Assembly (NCBI GenBank): GCA_002189035.1
Contig: NEEC01000004.1
Span: forward strand, 3,162,001 to 3,226,000
DNA from: Utricularia gibba
Lineage: Eukaryota > Plantae > Magnoliophyta
Direction of reading: 5' to 3'
DNA length: 64,000 bases
Of the stretch, positions 13,770-25,789 are shown piece by piece. Under the pieces are notes generated by a model. That model saw nothing but the letters and a program-made list of their open reading frames with translations. It was not told where the DNA came from and did no database searches. A program made the position numbers and the translations under genes. Numbering within the stretch: the first letter of the stretch is position 1; every line of letters begins with the position of its first letter.

Positions 13770-14250
13770 TCACTACAATTCATCAATTACAATTATCAGA
13801 AATGAAAATAATATAAGCAATACGATAATTGTATATTTTTTACACTCACTGTAATCATGAATTACAGTTATTAGAAATAAAAGTAATATAAAGAAAACGA
13901 TAATTGCATATTTCTATTAATCATTATAATTCATCAATTACAGTTATCTAAAATGAAAATAATATAAAAAAATGAAAATTACTTATTTCTATCGATCACT
14001 GTAATTAATTAATTATAGTTATCAGAAATGAAAGTAATATAAATAAAACAAAAATTGTTTATTTTTTCCAATCTATGTAATCATCAATTACAGTTCTCAG
14101 AAATGAAAGTAATATAACCAAAACGAAAATTGTTTATTTTTGTCAATCCCTATAATTATCAATTACAATTACTAAAAACAAAAGTAATATAAAGGAAACG
14201 ATAATTATATAATTATGCCGATCACTGTAATTCATCAATTACAGTTACCA
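13770..14250 (+). repeat. Left subterminal tandem array of the MULE: 7 units of 75-76 bp
   Basis: Unit starts at ~13770, 13846, 13921, 13996, 14072, 14147, 14222; consensus core TCACTGTAAT-TCATCA-ATTACAGTTATCAGAAATGAAAGTAATATAAA. Confidence 0.9.
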
Positions 14251-14415
14251 GGCAAATAGTATTTTACATATTGATAATATTTATCCTAATTTCATAAATG
14301 ATCCAAAAAATTTACGCAAACGTGACTTCTGCTTCCTAGGCTGTTGAGTAGACGAGCTAGGAAGATCAAACTTAGTGTTCATATCTTGACATCATTCTTG
14401 AAGAGATGACCGTGG

Positions 14416-16850
14416 TTATTGAAAAACACCTTCGAAATCACGGTGATATGGTACATCAATAGGTACCCGATGACTTTGAGGTGGACTATGTGCAGGTGAA
14501 GCTGTATCTTGTGAAAATCTTGGTCTCCCACAATGTCCACTTCTCCTTTCTGCACTCCTTCCCCTGTCCATATTTATCCTGTATCGTGAACTACGTGTAC
14601 GACCATGTCTAATAACCTTTTTAAGTGTAGGATCATGAATTAGAGGCATTGTTGCTGGTCAATGTCTCTTTGTTCGAAGTAGATGGAATTATACCTTGTA
14701 TGCTTTCAACAAATGTTGTTGTAAGTGTATGGGATCCATATATTGTCTTGAATCAACTCCAAGTCTCTTGCACACTTGAAATAAACATGACTTTAATATT
14801 GAATAAATGAATATTATTAAATCATAGTCTAACCTGTTGTGCATGTGAGCATTGTATTCCATAATTTTGCCATTTGCAACACGTGCATTTGCCCTCCTTG
14901 ATACGTACCACACAAACATTATCTTTCCCATTTGCTTTCATTCGGGTGATTACATGAACTATCATTTCCTAGCGATCATAAATCTCTACTCTTGAATAAG
15001 GATTAGGCTTGTCTCAATAATCAAACAATCGTTGCACTTGTGTCGAAAGGACTTGATTCTTCCTTTGTGACTTTAGTGCCAACTCCAAACCTTTTGAAAT
15101 ATACTTTTTGCATCGAGCAAATGTAGCCTGCATGTTATTACATTCAAAATTTTTGTTAAATTTAAAACATAAAACACAAATTAATCATACTTGAGCCAAT
15201 GCCGTAAGTGGGAGATGTCGTGATCCTTTCAAAACACCGTTCATTCCTTCAACTTGATTCGTAGTCATTGTTCCATATCTTCGGCCACCATCGTGAGATA
15301 TTGTCCAAACCTCAGGAGGAACATTCATTAAGTAGTTTCAAGCCACGATATTTATCATTCTAAGCTCTTCCATATAATCATAGAATTTCTCCACGTACCC
15401 GATGAATGATGCTTTAAGGAACAATGTTCGAACCGGCGCAGATTTAAATCTGTCAAAGAAATTTAGCTCGAAAATGACGAAAGCAATAGTGATGACATCC
15501 TCCGAATTCTTCACTGAATGTTGTAACTCTGACTGCTGCCTTTCAAATAGTCACATCTATCAGAAATCAAGCACGTGGGTTTTCTTAAAGCAATGTAAGT
15601 TCCCACTAACTCTAGAAACCATAGCCAAGAAGCATCAGTTTCTTCATCTACTACACAAAGGCAAGTGGCAAAATCTTTCCACATTGAGAGACGGTCACCG
15701 CAATGAGCATTTTGTGCCTGTATGTCGCATACAAGTGTGTTGCATCGACTAAAATAACCAGGCGGGTGTGCTGGTAGGCATGTATACATGGTCCAAATGT
15801 CCAAAAGTAATAGTGCAACGTGACTCCGTCTTCCTTATTCCTTCATTGGATTATAGTGCCTGGATTTTGTAAGGCAACTTCATTTAATAAAGCTGGAAGT
15901 TTCTTCACTAATTCTTCCCATGTGCCAAACAACTTCTCAAATGCCTTTCGCATTCCATACCATGCACGTTTGTACGGTACTTAATAACTAGTTCTATCCA
16001 TCACAGCTGCAATAATAGTTGACACCTTGGTCCCAATGTCTGCTTCAATATACGGCTTGACAATCTCTGAGATATAATCATGATTGATGATTATGTGATA
16101 ACAGAGTCCCACCCCCTTCCACTTGCCTGCGTGAGGCTCAATAAGCTTTAAGATCTTCCATTTTCCCAATCATTTATAATGTGTTGCACGAATCCTCCAG
16201 TGATAATTTTGAGTGTCACATTGCTTGCAATACATCTCCAAAACTCTAGACTCAATGTCACCAACAGTGAACTCCTTTCCAATTTCAATGGAAAATTTTC
16301 TAACTTATTTTCGAAAATCTTCTTTATCTTCAAACAGATCACCTTCCTTGAAACTCGGTTCATATTGATGTGTATATACTCCATAATTACTTGATTCTTC
16401 CTCTATATCATGTAAACATGTGTTAGGAAACCATTCCGAATCACAACTTGTGTTTCCTTCAAGCACATTCTCTTCGCCTTCTGAGTTTTGAGGAGTATGA
16501 TCAATATCAGGAACCTCGTTTTCATTAGTGAATTGCATAAATGAATCTCCGTCAATATTTTTGACTGGACCGAAATCATAATCCAATATTCATCTTCAAT
16601 TTGTGAGTGAGGTTCTTTTGAAAAAAATGAGTCGTATTCCACAAATAAATCCACCAGAGCAATAACATAGTTAAGTTCGTGAAGATAATCCAAGTTGCTT
16701 TGTGTCTCTAAATTCAAATACCTCGTTTCTCTAGTCACAACATCAAAAAACTAGGTCGATAACCTAAGATTGAATCTCGAAGAAGACAATTGAATAATCT
16801 CATATAACTTTGCTTTTAATTCTTCCAATGAAATAACGGCATCTGACTGA
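14416..16850 (-). pseudogene. MuDR/mudrA-type transposase, decayed (stops and frameshifts)
   Basis: MuDR DNA-binding region (FKEGDLFEDKEDFRK..WRIRA..WKILKLIEPH), MULE core (VDEETDASWLWFL..CLISDR), YGTMTTNQVEGMNGVLK, SWIM finger (CTCCKWQNYGIQCSHA) and a C-terminal GR.RSSRYR..MD..CG segment. Confidence 0.88.
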
Positions 16851-16893
16851 AAAAAATGAATTGATGCTACACTATAAATTACGTAATTCCCGT

Positions 16894-17428
16894 TGATGGG
16901 GTATAAATCGGCTGAGGATAATTGGCTTCTGAAAGGCTGCCAAAAGGAGCTCTAACGGGATAATGTCAGTCGATAGACCGATATGTGTCAGAAATCTGAC
17001 AGCGGTGGCTGTATGGCACAGTTTGAAAAGTAGCCAAATTACGGCAGAGCAGGCGATCGATATCTGAAAAGCGAGACTACGTAGCAGGTGCAGAAAGCAA
17101 TCGACGTCTGCAGAGTTCAGGACTCGGTCCGATTGACCTCTTCTATAAATAGAAGAAATCGTAACGAAAAAAGGGTTCGACCCTAAGCCTCTCAACCTGT
17201 ACCTTTCTTCACCATCTCCGTCTAGTAAAGATTTTCTCTGGTGAGCTTCGAAAGCTCCGTGGTTTTTCCATCCTTTGACGGTTTCCACGTAAAAAACTCT
17301 GCCTATCCTCATTTATGTTGATCAAATCGAAGAAATCGCAAAAAAACATAACAAGGTGCGATATTCCCGACTGCACGTGTAACCCAAAGAATCGACCCCA
17401 TCTCGGACACCGATTTTCATCCTTAACA
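16894..17428 (+). mobile_element. Solo LTR (535 bp) of the Retand/Tat family also present at 33560-34094
   Basis: TG...CA ends; perfect 5-bp TSD CCCGT (16889-16893 and 17429-17433); colinear with, and the same length as, the LTR at 33560-34094 but clearly diverged. Confidence 0.93.
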
Positions 17429-18107
17429 CCCGTAAGTATAGATTTGATCTCCAAAGAAGACCTTGTATGAGATAGATCTAAAAGCTATCAAAATAGAGAG
17501 ATATGTGAGAATGAGCTTGCAAGACGATGATGTTCGGGAGAGAGAAGAAAGAATGGTTTTGAAAAGCATTTGAATTTGAACAATTCGGTCATATGATTAA
17601 GGCATGTGAGTCCAAAATATGGGGATACATGTCAGTAGACTTTATTGATCTTAGAATATGTAGCTGTCGATGTTGTCGGCTGATAATGAAAGATAGGCGG
17701 CACACCGCAATGGAGAAACCAGTGAGCATTCAAAGATATAATCAAAATTACACAAATTAATAAAAATTTAGTATGTTTAACAACCTAAAAACGTGGGATT
17801 CAATGTATGTGTATGATGCAATAGAGAGTATGTGTATACTTTTCCTGTTTTTCAAGTAAAAAAAATCGAATTCGAAGAATTTTTCACAATGGAACACATT
17901 CTCATTACTATATCTAAACCCTACATACACATTCATTTCACATTTTTTTGAATCTCATTCATATATGTAAAAAAAATTGTAATAAGTTGCAAATCATATG
18001 TAATTCATAACTATGTTCAATATATGATCATATTTTTTAATCTCATCTTTAAAACATTAATGAGATGGATTTATAGGGTTTAGGGTAAACGAGGTTTACA
18101 CTAAACC

Positions 18108-18597
18108 TAGAGTTGGGCACGGTTACTGGTTGACCTGTGTATCCAGTGGGTCAACCCGTGACTTGTAATCGTCGAAAACGGGTACGGGATGGGTCGGTTG
18201 TAGACGGGTACGAGTCGACTCGGCGGGTCATCAAGATTCAAGAGGATGTTCAAGCACTGCCATGACATCTTTGAGGTGCTTGGCGAATATTGAAGTCAGG
18301 CTCTTTCTGGCACCGCAATGGTATGTTTGTGATGATTGGCGAATATTGAAGTCAGTGTCTTTCAGGCACTGTAATGGCATGTTTACGATGCCTAGAGAGT
18401 ATTGAAGCCATTGTCTTCCAGGTATCGCAATGGCATATTTGCGGTGCCTAGAGAATTTACTAGCCCGTGTCAAACTGTGACCCGGGACGGGTCAGCCTGT
18501 CCAACCCGTCAACCCGTACCCGCCGAGTCATACATTTCATTTTTTACCCGGCAGATCTGACCCATGACCCGTCGAGTCGGACCCATGATCAGCTCTA
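18108..18597. mobile_element. hAT-type MITE (490 bp) nested in the MULE, containing four 56-bp tandem repeats
   Basis: TIR-like ends TAGAGTTGGGCACGG / CCATGATCAGCTCTA; ACCCG/CGGGT-rich subterminal arms; degenerate 8-bp TSD ACTAAACC / CCTAAACG (6/8). Internal repeat units start at ~18254, 18310, 18366, 18422. Confidence 0.75.
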
Positions 18598-19084
18598 CCT
18601 AAACGCCAAGTATGGTCACCGTATATTCAATTACGGTGACCATTCGTAAATATGCTATTTTTAGCAGGATCGCGTCAAATTTTATTTCGCACGCCTTCCA
18701 CTTATCACGTGCTACAGTATCTTTGACTGAAAAAGCATCATTCAGTTCCGTATAAAACAGGCTGAAAATTTTCCTAAATTTATTAAATAATATTTTACAA
18801 AACAACTTAATTACTTTAAAAATTCATTTACACCATTCTACTCTTCTTTCTTCAGCCAGCGTGTCAATCTTCACATTTCAAAGGTTTTTCACGCAGAACA
18901 TGTATGCTTTATGTGCAATTTTTGCTTAACTTTTTTTTTATCTTCATGATCATAGCATTGGGTTCTCTATTTCACGAGAATCTGAAATCATACAACATTT
19001 GTTTTATCTGAAAATTTCCGTCATTATATTCATCAATGTTGTGTGCGAATCGAAAAAGAAATGATGGCTTTCTTTTTTTTGAAA

Positions 19085-19505
19085 TTATAGTCACCGTAAT
19101 GCGTTTATTATAATGCATTGCTATGAAAGTATCCTCATTCTTTTTTACTTTGAAATTACGGTCACTGTAATGTGCAAAGATCTCAAAGCATATGAAACTT
19201 TATTTTACTCTCGTCACCGTATTGTGCGATCATTGTGGTGCGTGTCTCTAAAAGTATGCATATGTTTATTATATTTTGGATTTGTAGTCACCGTAATTCG
19301 TTCATTACAGTGCGTGGCTCTATGCAGATGTTTTTTTGTTTGTATTTTTCGTCACTATAATGCGATCATTGCGGTGTGTGGCTGTGAAATTATGCGAAGT
19401 TTATTTTATTATGAAATTTTAGTTACTGTAATGCGATCATTGCAGTGTGTAGCTATGAAATTATGCAAAGTTTATTTTATTATGAAATTTTAGTCACTGA
19501 AATAC
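19085..19505 (+). repeat. Central tandem array of the MULE: 7 degenerate units (mostly ~71 bp)
   Basis: GTCAC(C/T)GTAAT-like unit starts at 19090, 19161, 19213, 19287, 19351, 19422, 19493; an inverted copy of the core (ATTACGGTGAC) at ~18630. Confidence 0.85.
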
Positions 19506-19559
19506 TTTCATTACAATTTATGGATTTGAAAGTATCCATTTTCATTTTTCTTTATGCAG

Positions 19560-19871
19560 AGATGAACACATTAGAAACGTTGAGACTTCAATTCAATATT
19601 CTTGAAGAATATCAATTGTGGGATAAGGAAGAGGATGAAGAGATTGTTGGTGATATCCAGAACATGTTGATTGTAGGGGTTTTGCTTTCAGCATTAAGCA
19701 CCTTAGATGTGGCTTGCGTGTGCCAGTGGTACCATTTATGTTGCAAGTTTTGGCATGGTTTCAAATTCCATTTTCACATTTGACTCCTAAGTCAGTGGTA
19801 TATATATTGGCATGGGTTTACATTGCTTGTGAGGAAAGGGCGTCCCAATAAGTGGATTTATGGGCGAGCAG
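19560..19871 (+). pseudogene. TRP28 (Transposase_28/PF04195)-like ORF fragment inside the MULE
   Basis: LETLRLQFNILEEYQLW.. then, after a frameshift, YPEHVDCRGFAFSIKHLRCGLRVPVVPFMLQVLAWFQIPFSHLTPKSVVYILAWVYIACEE. This aligns without gaps, 13/36 identical, with the Retand antisense ORF in this window (YLESGLRFPLHRLLVQFLNMFSVPLYCLAPNSIFYF). Confidence 0.6.
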
Positions 19872-20621
19872 GTATGATATTTATTTAGTATTTCACACAT
19901 TTGAAACCTATAGTTAGCTGCTAATTTGTTGACTTGATTTTATTGCATATGTTATATTTTCAGTGTTTCTAAGACCAAATGCTAGGGAGTTCATAGAATG
20001 GTGTATGCAACATTTTCATGTTGCACTATGATCCTCACATAGGGGGTAACATACAAAATATTATATTATATTATATATATATATATGTTTTACATGTTAT
20101 TCTTTTTGTAACAGTGCACAACTAAACCAAGTTATTAATTGGATGTTTGGCGAGAAGATGTCACATTCATATGGGATGGAACAAAATGCACCACCACAAA
20201 TCTTCAAGTTCTCAAGAAGCCGGCAAGTATGGTTTCGCTGAAAGAGTTGTGAAAAATATGGGAGTATGATACTTTTCATGGCCTGTATACGCAGGTAACA
20301 CTTTGTTGGTAGATGATTCACCATACAAGTCGACAAGAAATCCGGTAATAATTATAGTTAAAAATTTCATAAGTTAAATTTTATTTTTTTTAGTTTAAAT
20401 TATACTCTAATTGTTCTCAAATAGGTTGACAATGTCATATTTCCATACTCCTACAAGCACATGGATCATCTTTTATGGAAGGGGGTGAGATGAAGATTTT
20501 TCTTGAAGGATTTATAGATACACCTGATATACCATCCTTTGTGCGTGATTTTCGTATTGGCCAAGCCCCAATGAATGAAGATCATCTGGACTGGGAACAT
20601 TACAAAGCATTAGTAGAGTAA
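19840..20621 (+). pseudogene. Intron-containing FCP1-homology / NIF (HAD-superfamily phosphatase-like) gene fragment inside the MULE
   Basis: Exons ..-19871, 19964-~20045, 20115-20344, 20425-20621 with GT-AG borders. They read GRA/VFLRPNAREFIEWCMQHFHVAL*SS; QLNQVINWMFGE..FIWDGTKCT..LKEL*KIWE..NTLLVDDSPYKSTRNP; VIFPYSY..GGEMKIFLEG..IPSFV..GQAPMNEDHLDWEHYKALVE*. The order matches plant NIF-family motifs (FKRP..FL.FCF..F.VG.WSS; FCWDQ..CT; NTLL.DDSPYK; IFP.SY; GGDLR.YLE). Confidence 0.8.
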
Positions 20622-20739
20622 TTCTCATTTTCTGTTTCATTATGCATATTAGGAGCACTTTTGCTTTATTGTTATCCAATAACTGTAACTTATGATTATA
20701 ATGATCGGCAGAAATAGGCAAATTATTATTTTGTTTATA

Positions 20740-20910
20740 CTAATTTTATTTCTGATAATTGTAATTGATGAATTGTAATGATTGGAATAAATATTTAATT
20801 ATCATTCGCTTTAAATTACATTTATCATTCGTAAATGTAATTGATGAATTGTGATTTTCTTTATATTTTTTTTATTTCTGATAAATGTAATTAATAAATT
20901 ATATTGATTA
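20740..20910 (-). repeat. Right subterminal array of the MULE (inverted copies of the 75-bp unit)
   Basis: TTTTATTTCTGATAATTGTAATTGATGAA is the reverse complement of the left-array unit; about 3 copies. Confidence 0.8.
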
Positions 20911-22079
20911 ACATAAATAAAAAATATTAAAATGAGAAAATTAAATGAAACGATATTTATGATTTTTAATTTGGTTTATTATTTGTAAAAAAAAATATAA
21001 TATAGTTTGACTTTTCATTTTGTTTAAATTATTTATTTTTTATTATTTAATTGTATATATTTTTGAATATATAATATTAAATAAAAATATAAATTATGAA
21101 AAATTTAATTTCATTTTTCGTGTTATATTTGAAAAATAATAATTAATTTTATTTTTTATTTAATATAATTTTTGAATTTAAAAAAGATATTTTAATAATA
21201 GTTATTACAATATTTATAAAACGAATGTAATATACTTTTATTTTTTTTGTAAAAAATATAATATTAGAATAATTAAAATAGGTTGTTCAAAGGAAATTGA
21301 AAAATGAAAAAGAAAATCGATAGAATGAGTGGTTTTGACACGTAGTAGAAGTGAGATGCACATAGTGGGCGATTTTGAAACTGTATCTTTTTGTAGTGGG
21401 TGGATTTGGTAAATACTCGTTGATTGATGGCTTAAAAAATTGATTGATTATATATTGAGATAAATTTGAAAAATAATCATTTTTTAAAATAATTATTTTT
21501 ATTTATAATAAAATACATATTATTGAGATTAACTTTAAGTGATATGAAGATGTAATCAGTTGAAAATGTTGTTAGTATCAATCAAACTCATAAAATTACT
21601 TGTAAAATGATAGAGAAAAAAATCTTTGATAGAATTTCCAATCAAAAATCATTTATGGATATCCAAATTCATTTGAAGCTTGTAATAGGTAGCCTACCAT
21701 GAGTGACATTCTCTTTACACAAAGATCTCTCTCATATTGACCATATTCTAAGCCCATTAATTGATACAAGAATAATCCCAAATGGAAGAGAAGTTATTGA
21801 GAAGATATATTCATTTGTCAGTATAAGGTGTTAGATCCTAACGATCATACTTTTTAAGTATATTGAGAATCATCCATTTTTAAGTATTTCTATAAATACA
21901 TGAACAAAAATGTAAATAGTAAGGAGCTCAACAAAAACTTTTTCTGCAAACCTAAATCTAAGCTTATTACTTAATCTCAACTCTTCCCATGCTAGAATCT
22001 ACAAATTTACAAACATATCTTCAAATATGATGAACTCTACGTGAAGTCGAAGCTGAAATCACAACTTTGGGAATAATCC

Positions 22080-25000
22080 AACTATTTCTTTTATGTTTGT
22101 TCTTGTTATTATCAATTTCTCCTACATCTTCAATGGTAAAGTCTACTAAGTATGGGATGCCAAAATGGAGAGTTACCTGAAAATGAATGATTTATGGTTT
22201 GTTTTCCTCCAAAAGCTCCTAAATCTACTGATGCAATTGAAACTAAGGATTAGATCCAGCTCCTAACTGCACAAATAAAAAGGTAAAATATGCTCTAAAT
22301 CAAGTTCTTTTGGAAGAAGTATTTAAATGCATCATGAAAATCAAAAGTCCCAAGAAAATCTAGAATAACCTCACAGGACTCTACGCTAAAGACAAGGAAA
22401 TGCTGGAATCACATATATAGAGAAAATGAGAGCAATTCGATAACCTGAAGTTTTCATCATGTATGATTATCTCTCAATTCCTTGATATATTAAAAAGATT
22501 GTCACAAAATTGAGTACTTTTGGAGAAATAGTAAATGAAAGAAGAATCAAGTCAAAAATTTTAAGCTCATTACCATGCACCTATGCTTCTGCCATAACTA
22601 CACTTCATGTCACAGGAATACACTTGAAGCCTTCAAAGAAATTTTTGGGCATGTTGAGTGAATTTGAACCAGATTCTTCCCCACTTGAGGGACTAGATAT
22701 GGCATTTCAAGTTGGCTCTTCTCGATTTCAAAATCCCTAAAATCTTTTATTGGAAATCATGCAAAAACATTTTAATGACAAGAATGAAACACTAGTGTTT
22801 AATCTCAACAAATTGAGAAGCAAGGCCTTTGCCTCACATATCCTTACTATCATCCAAAAAATCATCGAGCAGTGCAGTGCTATTGGCATCCAGATGTTTT
22901 TTTGTCTCTACCGCAACACTCTCGATCATGTGAAAAAGTTCTGTCTCCTCAAAAGACACCATCATAAGAGTGGAAAACTCTCTACCAATGTGAACAACTT
23001 GAAAAAGAATTAGCATATGTACCCGCTTCTTTTGAAATGAATAAGAAAGAATTTGAGATGTACTTCTTGCACCAAAATACTATATTCTAAACCTTTAAAG
23101 AACTAAGGAAAAAGGAGACTTGATTCTTGGATAGTGTTTATAGTAATCACATTGCTCATGACCTAAATCAATTTCTCACCTATGCGAAATTGGAAGGAAA
23201 ACATATTTTTGTGACAGAAATAGGCACCATGTGTATATAAATAGATTACAAACCAATAAAACTCTCACTAGTATATCATATTTTTTTGGCATATCACAAT
23301 CTTCTAAGTATTGAACAATTGTTAAAAGGGATTTCAAGTTATACTTAGAAGAGAACTGTTGCGCCATCAAAGATTCCAATGACTAGTTTGTCCTTGAAAC
23401 TCCTATGAAAAATCGGTTAATCTCAATTGTTACCTAAAGAAAAAACTATCATGTGGCATAAGCATCTCGATCATCATCATTATGTCTCTGTTACTCATTA
23501 GTCAAAGTCTAAAGTGGTCTCAAACATTCTTGATCTTTTATTCCTCAAAGAAAGCCGCAATACCTGCAAATAAGCAAAAATGGTTAGGAATATCTTTCCA
23601 AAACACAATGAATTTTCTAAAAAAATATTGGATCTAGTGGTCATTGATGTTTGTGAATCCATTGACCAATCCACAAAAGCTAGAAGAAGGTATTTTTTTC
23701 ATTCATTGATGACTTTTTGAGGTACATATGGATCTATTTTATGAAAAATATTAAGTGTCATTTTCTACATAACTATTATGTATTATTACGGGTTAATTTA
23801 GGATTAAGTTACCCAAATTATTGTTATTTGTATATATTTTTGTTATCTCTTTTATGTACTTTCTCCTAAAGTGGTAGGAAGCAATTTTGGAGTGTTGCAA
23901 GATACTTACAGGAAACAAGATACTGACATTTTGTACCTTTCATGTGACTTGGATTCATTTTGAGCGGAAGACTAACATTGTTTAGGGTTCATGACTTATG
24001 ATATATCAGAGTCTGCAGTAATGATAGAGTGCTTTCTTGCACGAATTGGAAAGCTGACTATACAAGCAAAATAGAAGGAATGATAAAAAGGAGAGCAAAG
24101 AAAGTTAATATAAGGGGGAGTGAATTAAAACAAAATTGAAACACTTTGAAAATGACTTTTCTCACTTTATTTTTACATTTAAACCTTTGTTCTTCCTCTT
24201 CACCATAGGAAGGAATAAGACTTTAAGCTTTCTGTTTTCATTTTTTGTTTTCATCGCTAAACCTTCTTAATTTCTGGAAGTATATGAAGTTTACTTCTAT
24301 GTCTTGAGTACAAATCTCACTTCTTTTTTGAATTTCTTCTAGATTTCGCATATTTCCAGACGTCATGTTGCAATCTTTTTGTAATGTCTCTTAGTCATGC
24401 TACTTGAGTAGTCGGCAACTTCTCATGGATTTTGATGAAGATCAAGGTGAAGATCATCATCTCCAACCCTATTGGTTCAAGGGAGATAACAAATTGGCTA
24501 TGATTGGGATACTTTGATAATGGATGGGTAGTGACCTCATACCCGCCATTGGTTATTGGCAACAAATGAACATATATGCAACCTACAACAATTGAAAAAT
24601 ATTTCACCTTGACATTAAAAGTGCTTTTTTAAATCGAGAGTTGAAGTAAGACATATATGTTAATCCTCCTCCCAAATTCTCCATTCAAAATGGAAAAGGA
24701 AAAGTCCTGAAATTGAAAAAATATTTTATATGGTCTTAGGCAAGCTCCTAAAGAATGAAAAGAAAGGTATTACACTATAGACATTTATTTTATATAACAA
24801 GAGTGTCAAAGAAGCAAAATGGACATTACATTCTACATGAATAATGATCCAAAAGGAAAAATCATTATGACTCTTTACGTAAACAATATTCTTATTACAA
24901 GAAGTAATACCGAGCATATTGAAGAACAGAAACAAGAGTTGAAAAAACATTTTGATCTTACTGACCTTGGAATTATACGGTACTTTTTGAGAATGGGGAT

Positions 25001-25380
25001 CTCTCAATAAGATCATTATATCTTGCTTAATCAAAGAAAATATATTGAAGATGTGATTAAAAAGTTTGGTCTTCAACCAAACCAACCTTAATTCCATTAC
25101 CCCTACCCCAAAATAAAACAAAAACTATCATTGTAAAATAATTCGAATATTGACACTCAAGAATATCGGAAATTATACGGTACTTTTTGCACTACCACTT
25201 GTTGAGATGTTACTTTTGTCATATCATTATTTTCCAAGTTTGTGCACAATCCACAAATCATACATCTAGTAATAGCCAGATAATTTTTGGATATTTAAAA
25301 GGAACTCAACTTATTTTGCAGGACTTTGTACATTTAAACAATATCTTTAAACTCTCTTCCTATTATATCTTTTCCCAATG
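22080..25380 (+). mobile_element. Heavily decayed Ty1/Copia retrotransposon remnant (gag, integrase and RT fragments) with LTR-like pieces inserted
   Basis: gag-like WDAKMESYLKMNDLW (~22160), integrase-like FIDDF.RYIWIYFMK (~23710), RT-like HLDIKSAFLN (~24610) and TLYVNNILI..HFDLTDLGIIRYFL (24860-25000); many stops. Confidence 0.75.
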
Positions 25381-25384
25381 GTAA

Positions 25385-25600
25385 GTTTGAAAATTCCCTA
25401 TTAAATCCAAGTGCTTGAAGATCATCCCTACAAGCAAAGAGACTAGAGTGCAAAAAAATTTGATCCAAATCTAGTCCCTAAAAATGTGATGATTTCTCTC
25501 TAACTTTACCTTTGTCTCAACCACGCAAGTCAATGACCATGATTATATACAAGTCTAGAAATAACAACAGCTCTTTCAATAAGAAGTCTAGAAATGACCA
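25385..25600 (-). pseudogene. Downstream fragment of the hAT transposase whose 5' part is at 34095-34974
   Basis: Minus-strand translation IERAVVISRLVYNHGH*LAWLRQR*S*REIITFLGTRFGSNFFAL*SL..RDDLQAL matches the hAT segment (..FIYNH...L..R....EI.RPG.TRFATNF.AL.SL) that normally follows V.QVITDN..CAAH. Confidence 0.65.
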
Positions 25601-25789
25601 TATTGAGCTCTTCTATAAATAGAAGAAATCATTACGGAGAAAAGGTTGGATCTTAAGAACTCTTCAACTTGTATCATCTTCTAGGCCACCTCCGTCTAGT
25701 GGAAATCTTCTCCGGCGAGCTCCGATAGCTCCGATAGCTCCGTGGTTTTTCCGTCATCCGGCGGTTTCTACCAAAGAATGAAGCGAGCT

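Larger units (their letters stand above)
12978..21418. mobile_element. Mutator-like element (MULE) with degenerate TIRs, a mudrA-like gene (-) and a second accessory locus (+)
   Basis: Left end GTGTCATTTTCAAAACCACC..TTTCAAAA aligns with the reverse complement of the right end (GAGTATTTACCAAATCCACC..TTTCAAAA), 14/20 in the terminal 20 bp. Subterminal arrays at 13770-14250 and 20740-20910 are mutually inverted. A MULE transposase lies inside. No TSD is recognisable, so the ends are approximate. Confidence 0.75.

Noticed and set aside
18070-18090. Telomere-like TAGGGTTTAGGG
   Set aside because: Fewer than two full copies; not an interstitial telomeric array.
13770-19505. CRISPR-like appearance of the regularly spaced repeats
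   Set aside because: Eukaryotic context, whole units are homologous with no unique spacers, and there are no cas genes.
12960-21430. 9-bp target-site duplication for the MULE
   Set aside because: The flanks (AGGTCAGGT vs GTTGATTGA) do not match, so no TSD is claimed.
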